From Zancudomyces culisetae HAW-14-8 (taxonomy: Eukaryota > Fungi > Kickxellomycota): a DNA stretch of 64,000 nucleotides. How positions within the stretch are numbered: position 1 is the first letter of the stretch; every line of letters begins with the position of its first letter. Both the position numbers and the translations under genes were made by a program. Positions 1 through 10,302 of this stretch are shown here, in pieces. Under the pieces are notes generated by a model. That model worked only from the letters and a program-made list of their open reading frames with translations, searched no databases and was not told where the DNA came from. The stretch is from assembly GCA_052426225.1 (NCBI GenBank), contig JBNJNM010000011.1, positions 2,728,001 through 2,792,000 of the forward strand. Direction: 5' to 3'.

Positions 1-1243
1 GTCAAATGGGGAAGGGGAAGGATGAAGAGTGGGGAAGGGAAAATGGAGAAGGTGAAGTTAAATTGATGTAGTCCAAATCTTCTAGCTTTAAAGTTGTTTG
101 TACATATATTTATTTATTTTTTCTAGTTTTATGGCTTTAAAATTTACCACATTAAGCAAAAAAGTCGAAAATTGACAACCAAAAAAATTTAAAAAAAAAC
201 ATAAAGTGTTTATTCAATTGTTTACCAAATGCTCGCTCTTAATTATTTTTGCATTATTGCACAAAGCTGGATATTAAACTCCTTTTGTGGCACATAACCT
301 TCTAGAACTTACTTTCGGTATTATGCAATTGAAAACACAAAACATTTTCGTACACAATAATTGGACTAGCGCATACACGATGCACATATAGTAGTTATTC
401 ACAATGCCAACACTATTGTGAAATTCCCTTATCCGCCCGGGCCAAGCGTAGCTTGGGTATTTGCAGTATTTTAACACGCAGAAATTAAGCTGAGAGTGGA
501 GGGGTTGGGTAAAAAATACTGCAGTTTACTCATAGGACTTATATATTCTGATAAGGTATCAAGGAGTCTTGAGACGTTAGGGGGCTGCTTACCTTGGATA
601 TCACAGGATCCAATTTTTATCTAGCATCTGTGGAGGGGGGGATATATGGTTTATGTCACCTCCACATGAATTATTTCCCGCAGGCACTAGTAATTATACA
701 TAGGAACTCTGAAAAATGTAGCTGTGATGTTTGCAACAATTGCTACCATCGATATTGCTGTATATTTATGTTTGTTATTTCCCATTATATCGCTACTACA
801 AGTAAAATGTGAGACTTTATTTGTACTGCTTGTGTTTAAATGATATAATTTTCATACCTTGTGGTTGTTCGGTTATATTGATGAAAGGTGTTACTATTTC
901 ATAACAAATAAATGGTTAAACTGACAATTAGTAGTAAGAGAACTTGAAAAAAAAACTAAAAAGACATGACTGCTTGGTGAACAATAGTAAATTGTTAAGA
1001 GATTTATTATAAAAGTTAGTAATGTGTTTGTATCATCTAAAGAGACAATTGAGCAAAATTTAACTACATTTTACACACTTTATTTTTTCTTTTTGAAAAG
1101 AAAATGATGTTTTTGGTACTAAAACCCAAATCGAACAGGTTATAAAAACTGAGTGCAATGGAACCGTTTTTTTTTGGTGTGCTGTTCTTTTGGAAAGCAT
1201 TTTTTGTTCAGTAAGAATATTCTACAGTTTAGCTTCTAAAAAA

Positions 1244-2314
1244 ATGATTAGGGAGTTTTTGATATATTTTTTAATACTTGCAAATACAATATATGCGGGT
1301 AAGGCGCGCCTAATAGTCTTTGGAGATGAGTTTTCGGATATCGGAAATGAAACGCCATACTTTCCAAAGGTTAGTACCTGGTATAGGCGTCTATCTAACG
1401 GGCCAGTGTGGAATGAATACACAACATATTTCAACGATTATATACTTATGAATTATGCTACTTATGGCGCTGTAGCAAATAAATCACATATCCTAAACCA
1501 CGGCGGTGATGTTCGAGAGGTTTCAGATCTAGCTAACCAAGTTAAAAAATTTACCCAATCTTACCCACAGTATTCAAAAAATAGCGACATAAAAAAGGAC
1601 GTGGTGGCAATTCATATAGGTACCAACGATTTATTGAGGCTTGGTGGCTCTCCTGATGCTCGCGCACTACAGAAAGGTTCGTGCATTATATTTGTAAACA
1701 GTATTATGCAACAGGTCGAAAAGCTTTATAATTTCGGGTTCAGAAATTTTGTGGTAATGGATCTTTTTAGAGTACAGGATACACCTTTGAAAAGCGAATT
1801 CAATTCTGAAAAATTAAACCTCATGGGAAGTTTTGCACAGCAAGGGACAGAAATACTAGAAAAAGGAGTAAAGAAGTTTGAAAGGTCAAAGTCGAATAGT
1901 GGGCCAGTAGTCAAAGTAGCGAGTATACAGATGTTCTACAAGAGTATAGTGTTATCTGATGTCGCAAGACATACAGGATGCACCGATACGACAAGCAGTT
2001 GTCATCCATACAGCTCTAAAGACGTCTTCCCAGCGTCGTGTATCGACCCCAATAAAAACATATTTTATTACGGTCCACTGCTGAGCACTAAACCACATGC
2101 ACTTTTGGGTGCATATGTAGCGGACCTCTTAAGACAAGGGGATGTGCGTATTTCTAAAAAATATTTAAGCCAACTTGCAAGAAAGCACAGAATTAGCGAG
2201 ATTGGGATGAAAAACAACTTTTTATTTGCAGAAAATGGCACATTTTCAGATAAGTTGAGAATCACAGAATATACGTCTAATAAAAAAGCAAATCTTTCTG
2301 AGAATGCAAAGTAA
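1244..2314 (+). CDS. Secreted GDSL/SGNH-hydrolase family protein (thermolabile-hemolysin-like), probably catalytically inactive
   Basis: ATG at 1244 is followed by a signal peptide (MIREFLIYFLILANTIYA). Family blocks: LIVFGDEFSDIGN, RLSNGPVWNEY, NYATYGA, HIGTNDL. Intronless. The ORF-track start at 1190 is TTG. Confidence 0.85.
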   Translation: MIREFLIYFLILANTIYAGKARLIVFGDEFSDIGNETPYFPKVSTWYRRLSNGPVWNEYTTYFNDYILMNYATYGAVANKSHILNHGGDVREVSDLANQVKKFTQSYPQYSKNSDIKKDVVAIHIGTNDLLRLGGSPDARALQKGSCIIFVNSIMQQVEKLYNFGFRNFVVMDLFRVQDTPLKSEFNSEKLNLMGSFAQQGTEILEKGVKKFERSKSNSGPVVKVASIQMFYKSIVLSDVARHTGCTDTTSSCHPYSSKDVFPASCIDPNKNIFYYGPLLSTKPHALLGAYVADLLRQGDVRISKKYLSQLARKHRISEIGMKNNFLFAENGTFSDKLRITEYTSNKKANLSENAK

Positions 2315-5300
2315 ACACTATGTTATATATTTATAATGCACAAATCTCCAAAACTTTGTATTCGGTATGTATTCTGCGGCTAAATGCTTAAAAACCATTT
2401 AGCTGAGGAAGGGGGGGGGATAGGCAAGATGTTTATTTTATTTTTATTATAAGCTTTAAAAGCTGGTATTTTTGTCTATTTTCAAATGTAGTATTAAAGC
2501 TAAATAAGATTCATGATTTAGTATACCAGAGGTAGTGAATGATATAATGATGCACATATATAGAATTATGGAAAACATTTCGAGAATGTGACAATTTAAT
2601 GTATCCATTATGATAGGGATTTTTTTTAATAAATTTACTTGGCTTGCGCATGTATATCTAACCATGATATTGAAATCCTTGTTGTATACTTTCACAAACT
2701 TTCCTGTACACCAAGCCCTGCAAAATATTTATTGCGTAACTCACATCATATTCTGCACCCTACTTGAATGTATATACACTCAAGAGCCTCGCTTTTGATG
2801 TGATAATAGTAGTAGTAGCAGTAGTAGCAGTGGCAGCGGCAATTGTGGTTGTTTTATTTATTTACTGATATTGATACCTATATGAAATTACGTGCGCGTC
2901 TAATGTGCTAATGGTTCTGGTGGGTTTCTGATAAATCTATACCCAAGTTGAAAAGAAGATCAAGTATAAAGATGTGCTATTGGTATTCTACTTTACTTTC
3001 TTCCTCTTTTGGTTGGAGAATTCAGTGATCACCTTCAAAAGCATAAAAGCACAGTTTCAAGGAAGAGTGAAGGGGGAGAAAGAAAGAGAACACATTATTT
3101 CACATCATATGAACCAAAGTGCGTGATTAGAGATGCGTGGTATGCTAATTGCGCCCTGTTTTTTTTCCGCTACTTTTACTTTGTCTTTGGGTAGTGGTTT
3201 ATTTACCTATCAACCTGAACAGGTGAGTTTCTAGCTCTTTGTATCTCCAAATTAGAATAAAGGTAAAAACAAAAGTATTTTTTTTGGCGAGACTGCTAAC
3301 TGGTTGGATGATTTATTTAATTTAATTTAATTTAATTTTTCTTTATTTTATTTACATGGAATTCCAATTTGTGAAAAGGCATACTCAGGAATAATCGAAT
3401 AGATTCACGGTATTCATGAAAAACCAATAAACGTGCACGTTTTTCTATTACAATTTCGCATCCACTACATTTTTGTGTTATTTTTCCTTCACCACATCAA
3501 TTCTAGGTGAAACAACCAATGTTGCAATAATAGTAGAGATAATAAAAAGTAATCAACCACACAAGAAAAATATAGTAAAATGAAATGACATTTGAACCTC
3601 ATTGTCTGGCTCTTGTTAATATTCAAATGAACCTGCAGAGAAAATTTTTTTGCATTAACCTGAAAGTGAGAAAAAATATAGTTCTGCTCCCAAAAAGTTG
3701 GTGGAAAGAGGGTAAGCAAAGAAGGGAGAGGAACGGGGGCTTTCCAGTGAAAAGCGGCCAGTTAGGAAGAAAAAATAATTAAACAAAAGATTCCGCAGAT
3801 TAAACTTTGCTTGCTTTAAAATTTCAAACTATGACCTCGTTATATTAATGGGCTAGTATATTGTAAACAATATTTGTTATATATAGAAACTAAACCAAAG
3901 AACCATTCGCCTTTTTTTTTGGGCTACAACCGACAAAAGGCTATCAAAAAAGAGGCCCTTTAAAGCGTTGTCATCACCACTGCAATAGTCTCTATCACTA
4001 CTGTTTAGCAATTCCACTGAGCGTTAGCCTCAAAAGAGCACTTGAACGGAAATTCTGAGGCCGTTTTTGGTTGCAACATAACAAGAACAGATTTACTGAT
4101 ACAGGTGACAACCATATATAGACGACAGCTTGTTGAAAGAATCGAGAGAATAGGCTAAGATTCTTGTAAAACACAGTACTCTTTATAGCACCAGAATAGG
4201 TTGTTGGAAACACACAAATTTGCACAAACATACACATATACAAGAAGAGGCCACAGAAGCTACTTGATTCCTGGTACAATCGTGCAACCATTCGGATTCT
4301 ATACTGTCATCACCTGTTTTCAAATTGTTTTTGAGCTGTAACACAAAGAATATTTAGTAAACATCATATATTCAACCAGGATAATTCGTCCTTCTCCTTC
4401 TTTTGTTTATCATACCCGAAGAAATAGAACAGTGGTCTGTAACAACTCTAATACGTTTTTTTTCCGTCATCAAAAACATTGACTAGTTTGCTACCTTAGT
4501 CTCCGCCTACTATATTTATTATAGAAGAAAGTCATATAGTATAGCAGTTGCTCGTGGAAAAAAATACTATTACCATCTACAGCGAAAAGACGCACAAAAA
4601 TACAATCGTAAAAGGAACTTTTGACTCTATCGGAATTCTAACTTGTGTTTGTCCATTTCTATCAATTTGAAAGACAGAGTTTTGTATTTAAGTGCTAGTA
4701 TATTCAACCAAACACAGTATTTCCAGCAAAAAAGTTTATCAAGGTTAACAACTCAAAGGAAAGGGAGCTGAGACATTGATCGCAAGTAACGCCAAAGATA
4801 AAAAAAGGGGCCTAGGCTTCAAAACTCAACACGTGGACTGTAAATATACTTTCTTTTTTTTGAGTGTGAACCCAACTAGCTGACTCTAATTAGTATAATC
4901 CGTAACACATCAATCTACATATACCTGCGAGAGTGTAAATCTAGGCCATACCCGGATAGATATATCAACACAAACTCTTGTTACAGACTATCCTAGAAGA
5001 TATCCAACAATACAGAAAGACAAGACGCAGTAATATACATCATCAATAAAGTAGTATGATACTAAACTTTGGCCCTTTTTAACCAAAAAAAAAACACAAA
5101 GGAAACAGCTTGAGCTCGTTAGTTCGGGAATAAATCTTATATACTGTATTTTGGGTTATAAGACCAAAAAAACATTGATATTAGCGAACGCGGTGCATAT
5201 TAGGTACAGGACAGGCTGTAATAATTACAGGAGGAACTCATCAGCAAACACAAATGAGTAATCAAGTAAATATATAAATAACAGTAAACCTATTTGTGGA

Positions 5301-5663
5301 AAAATTTATTAGAAGCAAAGTAAAAAGTGCTAAATAGTGCTGCATAAGTACCAAGACATTAACCAAAAAAAATACATACTCGAAAAGTTGAGAGTACATA
5401 AATATATCAGAAAAATTATAGTTTGTAGAAAAAGCAGGGTACTTTCTTGTGATAGAAGCAATTGATATTATTTGTAAAACTCTATCAAAGAGAGAAAGAA
5501 AGGAGGAAATATAGGCCAGAAAGTGTGTAATACTAAAAAGTATTTACTTGTGACAGTTAACTATCTATGTTATATTTTGGACTGAGCTACTGAACGCTAT
5601 TTTTTTTGGTTTTTAATATTTTTTTAAAGACAGATACTGCTTGTGCAAAGCTAAAAAGCGATA

Positions 5664-8411
5664 ATGGAGGTTAACTACAAAATTAAAGGTAGTGAGGATA
5701 TTCCACAGAATAAAAACAGAGAGGTGTATAAATATACTGGACAGGCGACTAACAACAACAAAATGCGTAAAGAAGGCAGTATGAATAATAAAAACAGTCG
5801 CAAAGGATATTCTCAACATGGATATCTAGACGGAGAGGATGAAAACTTATCTAAAAGGAGGTTAACTGATGATAGATATGAGTTTAAGAGCAACAAGAGG
5901 TCTAAGTCCAGCTATGAATATAAAAGACATGAAAGCAGTGATGGCCATGAGGAGGGTAAAGGATCTTCAGACACTTACAAGAGTGGGCACCGGAATAGAA
6001 ATAGATTGCCACAACGAAGTTATAAGCACTCCGAAAGTTCTCAAAGCGATAAAAATGGGTTTAGAAATAGGTATGGGAGCAGTAGTTCTGTGCCAACAAA
6101 AATACCAAGTCCTATCCTAAGGGAAAAACACATACATACATTAAAGAGAGGTTCGGAAGGTGATACTTTAAGGACTAGGCGAGATATGAGTATGAATTTG
6201 AGTGAACGTGTGAGTACTGGAAATGGAAATGGTAGTGAGCGTATAGGCTTGGAGGAGGGAGAAATAAGTGAAAGGGTAGAAGCACCCAACACTGACCTCG
6301 GGTACGGTGTGATGAGATTTTCACCGCCACCACCACCACCGTTCAATGACCGAAGGGTAACTAGATCGTTGATATTCACAGTAACGGAAAAATTAGTGTT
6401 TAATGATCTTTTGTCCAAAGTAAAGAAGTTTGGAAGATTAAATAAGTTCATGGAGGGCAAAACTGAGTGTAAATTTGGATATTTTGATTTAAGAGAAGCA
6501 GTGCAAGCATATGAAGCGCTCAGAAAATCCCTTCCTACAGATCAAGTAACCGACATTAGATATCTTCAAATGAACCCAAAGACACTAGGAAAAAACAAAC
6601 CTAGTCCATCTTATTTTCAGGCATCGATATTGGTTGTACTGGATTCGTCCACGGAAGTTATAGATAGAAAGGACGAGCAGGTCTTTGAAAAATATGGAGA
6701 GATAAACAGAATACACGCATACAATGGGTTACTGAACACTAGAGTGGTGGAATATTATGATACCCGATCCACCAAATCCGCATTTGAGCATCTAAACAAT
6801 ACCAATATGAATGGAAAAGGTCAGTTAAGAATTGTATATATATGGGATGAAAGTGTTGGAAGAGAAGAAATATCTCCTGCAGGTAGTAAGAAATCGGGCG
6901 CTTCTTTGAGGGCCAAAAGTAACGCAAATGGTTACCATTGCTCTGCTGCAGCGGAAAGTACAGGTGAGTATTGCACTAGACCCTCTACAGACTTGGAAAC
7001 ATCACATGGTAAGAGTTTGACGCATATTCCTGAGGTAAAAACCGCTAATTTGAGTAGCAAAAGTTTTGGAAGCTTTGGCGAAAAACTTGCCAATCTCTCT
7101 GGAAATACCAAATCCAAGGGAGTTGGAAATTCTTTAGTAGGTATAGAGGCTAGCGATGCCTCTCCTTCTTCTGTGTCCAGCCCTGACTGTATAGAATTAG
7201 TTCAGCGGGAGTACGAAAGACTTGTGATGAATGGCGGTCTTTACAGTTACGTAAAAGATCTAGATGCTGACAACTTTTACAGTTTGCTTCCAACACCCGC
7301 CAAACTTTCTATTTCTACAGCACAACCAAATACCGATTTATCCTCTCACATCGCTTCTGTCCAAAGCAAGCTATTTAATTTTCAACTTGCCAAGACCAGT
7401 TTTTTGATGGGCGAAGGCCAAATGTTGGATGTTTCTGATGTTATCAAGTGTATTCATAGCCAAAACTCCATTATTTCTTCACCACCATCCTCTCTCACCA
7501 CTTCGCTTGAATCCTATGTGCTTGATTGTGCACCCAAATCTTGCTCTCCTGCCTCTCACCCCCCAGAATATTTAAAAATGATTAGCCATCTGGTGGAAAT
7601 CAAGAAAAATAAAACATCTATATCTGCCAGCCAAGACAACCTGCCGCTACCATCTCCGCCACGCTCATCTAGTACCATCTTAGCTGAGCATGTCCACACC
7701 ACAAAACCCCACGCATCGACATCGACATCGTCTCTCATCACCCAAAACCATGGTGATATCAACCATGGTGCATTTACAGTTTATTCTTGCGCCTCCCCAA
7801 CATACTCCAACATCGGAACAGCATCTCCGGAGCAACCAACGGCAGATACTGTTGGTTTTCATTCGGTGTCTCCAAAGAATTCCTTAAATACCCAGCATTT
7901 AAACACCATTTCATGTGTTACTCCGAAATTGGTTTCGACCATATCTTTAGATAGTTCTGCTTCTGCTGACCACCACAAGCCTAGTGAATACTCGAAAATA
8001 CACACCGCTGGTTCTCAAACCATTATACACAAACGGTCACTTAGTGCAAGTGATTCCCCAATCATAACTGTGGGTTTTTGTACTCCTCCGTTTAACACTG
8101 GCACCCAGGCCTTACTTCATACACCTAGTCTCAAAGTGAAAAGGATAAAACTCAAATTTACTGACCCTGAAAACAAAAAGCTAAGTTCCACTTTACCAAA
8201 TCTTAGATCAAAGAATAAAACTAATCCCACGCCAAAAAATCTTGCTACCTCCACTTCACCCTCCACTTCCTGCGCCTCACAAGAAGCCCCAGGTGTCCCT
8301 GCCTCAAAGGGAGCCACTAGATCTATGAGATCGAGAAAGCGAACTACTGATTCGCCTCAGGCTCTTACCACCTCCATTACTACTCGAAGCAGATCCAAAA
8401 AAGCCTCATAA
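5664..8411 (+). CDS. RRM RNA-binding protein with two Mei2-like RRMs and long low-complexity termini
   Basis: 915-aa ORF. KFG...GYFDLREAVQAYEAL and FEKYGEI...VVEYYDTRSTKSAFEHLNN match Mei2-family RRM1/RRM2 signatures. R/S/K-rich N-terminus and S/T/P-rich C-terminus. Confidence 0.75.
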   Translation: MEVNYKIKGSEDIPQNKNREVYKYTGQATNNNKMRKEGSMNNKNSRKGYSQHGYLDGEDENLSKRRLTDDRYEFKSNKRSKSSYEYKRHESSDGHEEGKGSSDTYKSGHRNRNRLPQRSYKHSESSQSDKNGFRNRYGSSSSVPTKIPSPILREKHIHTLKRGSEGDTLRTRRDMSMNLSERVSTGNGNGSERIGLEEGEISERVEAPNTDLGYGVMRFSPPPPPPFNDRRVTRSLIFTVTEKLVFNDLLSKVKKFGRLNKFMEGKTECKFGYFDLREAVQAYEALRKSLPTDQVTDIRYLQMNPKTLGKNKPSPSYFQASILVVLDSSTEVIDRKDEQVFEKYGEINRIHAYNGLLNTRVVEYYDTRSTKSAFEHLNNTNMNGKGQLRIVYIWDESVGREEISPAGSKKSGASLRAKSNANGYHCSAAAESTGEYCTRPSTDLETSHGKSLTHIPEVKTANLSSKSFGSFGEKLANLSGNTKSKGVGNSLVGIEASDASPSSVSSPDCIELVQREYERLVMNGGLYSYVKDLDADNFYSLLPTPAKLSISTAQPNTDLSSHIASVQSKLFNFQLAKTSFLMGEGQMLDVSDVIKCIHSQNSIISSPPSSLTTSLESYVLDCAPKSCSPASHPPEYLKMISHLVEIKKNKTSISASQDNLPLPSPPRSSSTILAEHVHTTKPHASTSTSSLITQNHGDINHGAFTVYSCASPTYSNIGTASPEQPTADTVGFHSVSPKNSLNTQHLNTISCVTPKLVSTISLDSSASADHHKPSEYSKIHTAGSQTIIHKRSLSASDSPIITVGFCTPPFNTGTQALLHTPSLKVKRIKLKFTDPENKKLSSTLPNLRSKNKTNPTPKNLATSTSPSTSCASQEAPGVPASKGATRSMRSRKRTTDSPQALTTSITTRSRSKKAS

Positions 8412-9395
8412 AGCCTTTTTCTTGCTATTGTGGCTTTTTTTTCTTCGGCTTTTGGGTACTAATCCAAAATTCTTTGTATTTTTATATAAAAACTGCAATC
8501 ATAAACTGCATCTTCTCTTGTAATTAAATTTCAAATCTACTTTTTTAGTTTACTTTTGTTACAACAATCATTAGCATATACCAATACTTTCAAAATACAC
8601 TATTACATTTACGCCTATATTTAAATATATATTCATTATTCTTGGCCAGCCAGCACACCCATCCATCCATATAATACTGGAAAACAAAACAGCCATGCGC
8701 GAATCTTGGCAATGATGAATTGGATTTAATTCTTTTATTCTTTTGTCTAACCTGCACGAGGAAATACTTTTGAATATTAGAGATTTTTTCATAACTTTCA
8801 TGGCAAACCAGTTTTATCAATTTACTTATAGTTTGTTAGCATAATCAAATTACCAAAAAAAAAACTTTAAATGGTTAATATTTAAATAAAACTATAGCTA
8901 ATAAGATGTATATTTTAATACATTGAAGATTTTATTAGTCATATGATATATTTTCCAGCTAATGTGATGGCTGAGTTTGGTATAGCACTCAGTATGTCAA
9001 TTATACTCAGTTCTCGAATCACTTTACTAGTTCTGTTTGCCGATTATTAATGTGTTAAATACATTTATTATTGTTATAGTAATAATTAATAAATATTATA
9101 TGTGATCAATATGAAATTTAAAATACTATATGTAAAGTATATTTAGTTAAGAAAGGCTAATGTTTGTCTCTTCGCTGTCCGCTCTCGTTTATATTTGCAC
9201 CCGCTCTGCTATTCACTTTACTATCCTAGATGGTTTTTAAAATTGATCTCACTTTCTCTCATTGGTAGTTAATTCCGCTAATGAATTGTAATTGATTCGC
9301 TAGCAAAAAGGTTGTAGCCGTTATACTACAATATACGATATTCATACACTAATATAAAATATATATAGCATATTTGACAAAAGATAAAAAAGACA

Positions 9396-9469
9396 CGCTC
9401 CCAGCTAGGCTTGAACTAGCAACCTCCTGATTAACAGTCAGACGCGCTAACCAATTGCGCCATGGAAGC
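9396..9469 (-). tRNA. tRNA-Asn (GTT)
   Basis: Minus strand reads GCTTCCATGGCGCAATTGGTTAGCGCGTCTGACTGTTAATCAGGAGGTTGCTAGTTCAAGCCTAGCTGGGAGCG. It has a 7-bp acceptor stem, D arm, anticodon loop CT-GTT-AA and GTTCAA T-loop. A T6 Pol III terminator follows a few nt downstream. Confidence 0.97.
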
Positions 9470-10302
9470 GTTTTTTTTGCAAAATTTAAAAATTAATTTT
9501 ATATTTTATTTTTTATAGTAAAAATATTATTAATCTGTTTTCATTGTAGCTATTGGATACAAGATCAATATAAACATTTATAAAGCTAAAGGCTAGAAAT
9601 ATATTTAATACTTAAAATAAACTGCCCATATACATGGAAGTTAATTAACATGGCCTAAAAACTTTCAAGAAAAACTAGCCAATAACACACAAGTATCTTA
9701 TTTCAAGCATTATTTTATTGCGTCGCATAATGAAGGTTTGTGTAATCTCTTTCTCGTTAACTCATCCCGCGTCATGTCCGCTCAATTATGAACACTATGA
9801 TGACCATGAGCTGTTATCTTATTACGTTTTACATCAAAGGATGTTCAAGCGAGCTATCACACTCAATACAATATTGTCAAGTTTGTGTTTTAGCAGTAAT
9901 AGGACAGGAAAGTTGAAATTCCATACCAATTATACTATTAGTTAGTACTGATTGTACAGATTTTGCTAATCGTGATATAAAGAACTCTTTTTTATTATTA
10001 TCCTAAAATCTTTGTATTTTTTATCACAAGTCATGACCATGCACTCTTGAGCTTGGTAAGAGAATAAATGCAACAGCATCTTGAGTTGCTTTCACACACT
10101 GTTTTAAATACAAAGTAGATTATACTTCTTGCACCACAAGTACATATTACTTTATGCTATACATTTTTACAACTTACCAACTTTACTGTAATTTAAATAC
10201 ACTAAAATCGGTATTACTATTTAATGCATTCATGGTGTATTGGAAAAACTTGAAAATAGGATTAATCAACAATTCAAAAAAAAAAAGAAAATCAAACAGA
10301 TA

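Noticed and set aside
1-60. G-run purine tract (possible G-quadruplex or gene end); similar C/G runs at about 18590, 31125 and 59150
   Set aside because: Truncated by the window edge with no assignable frame. Homopolymer runs are common throughout the window.
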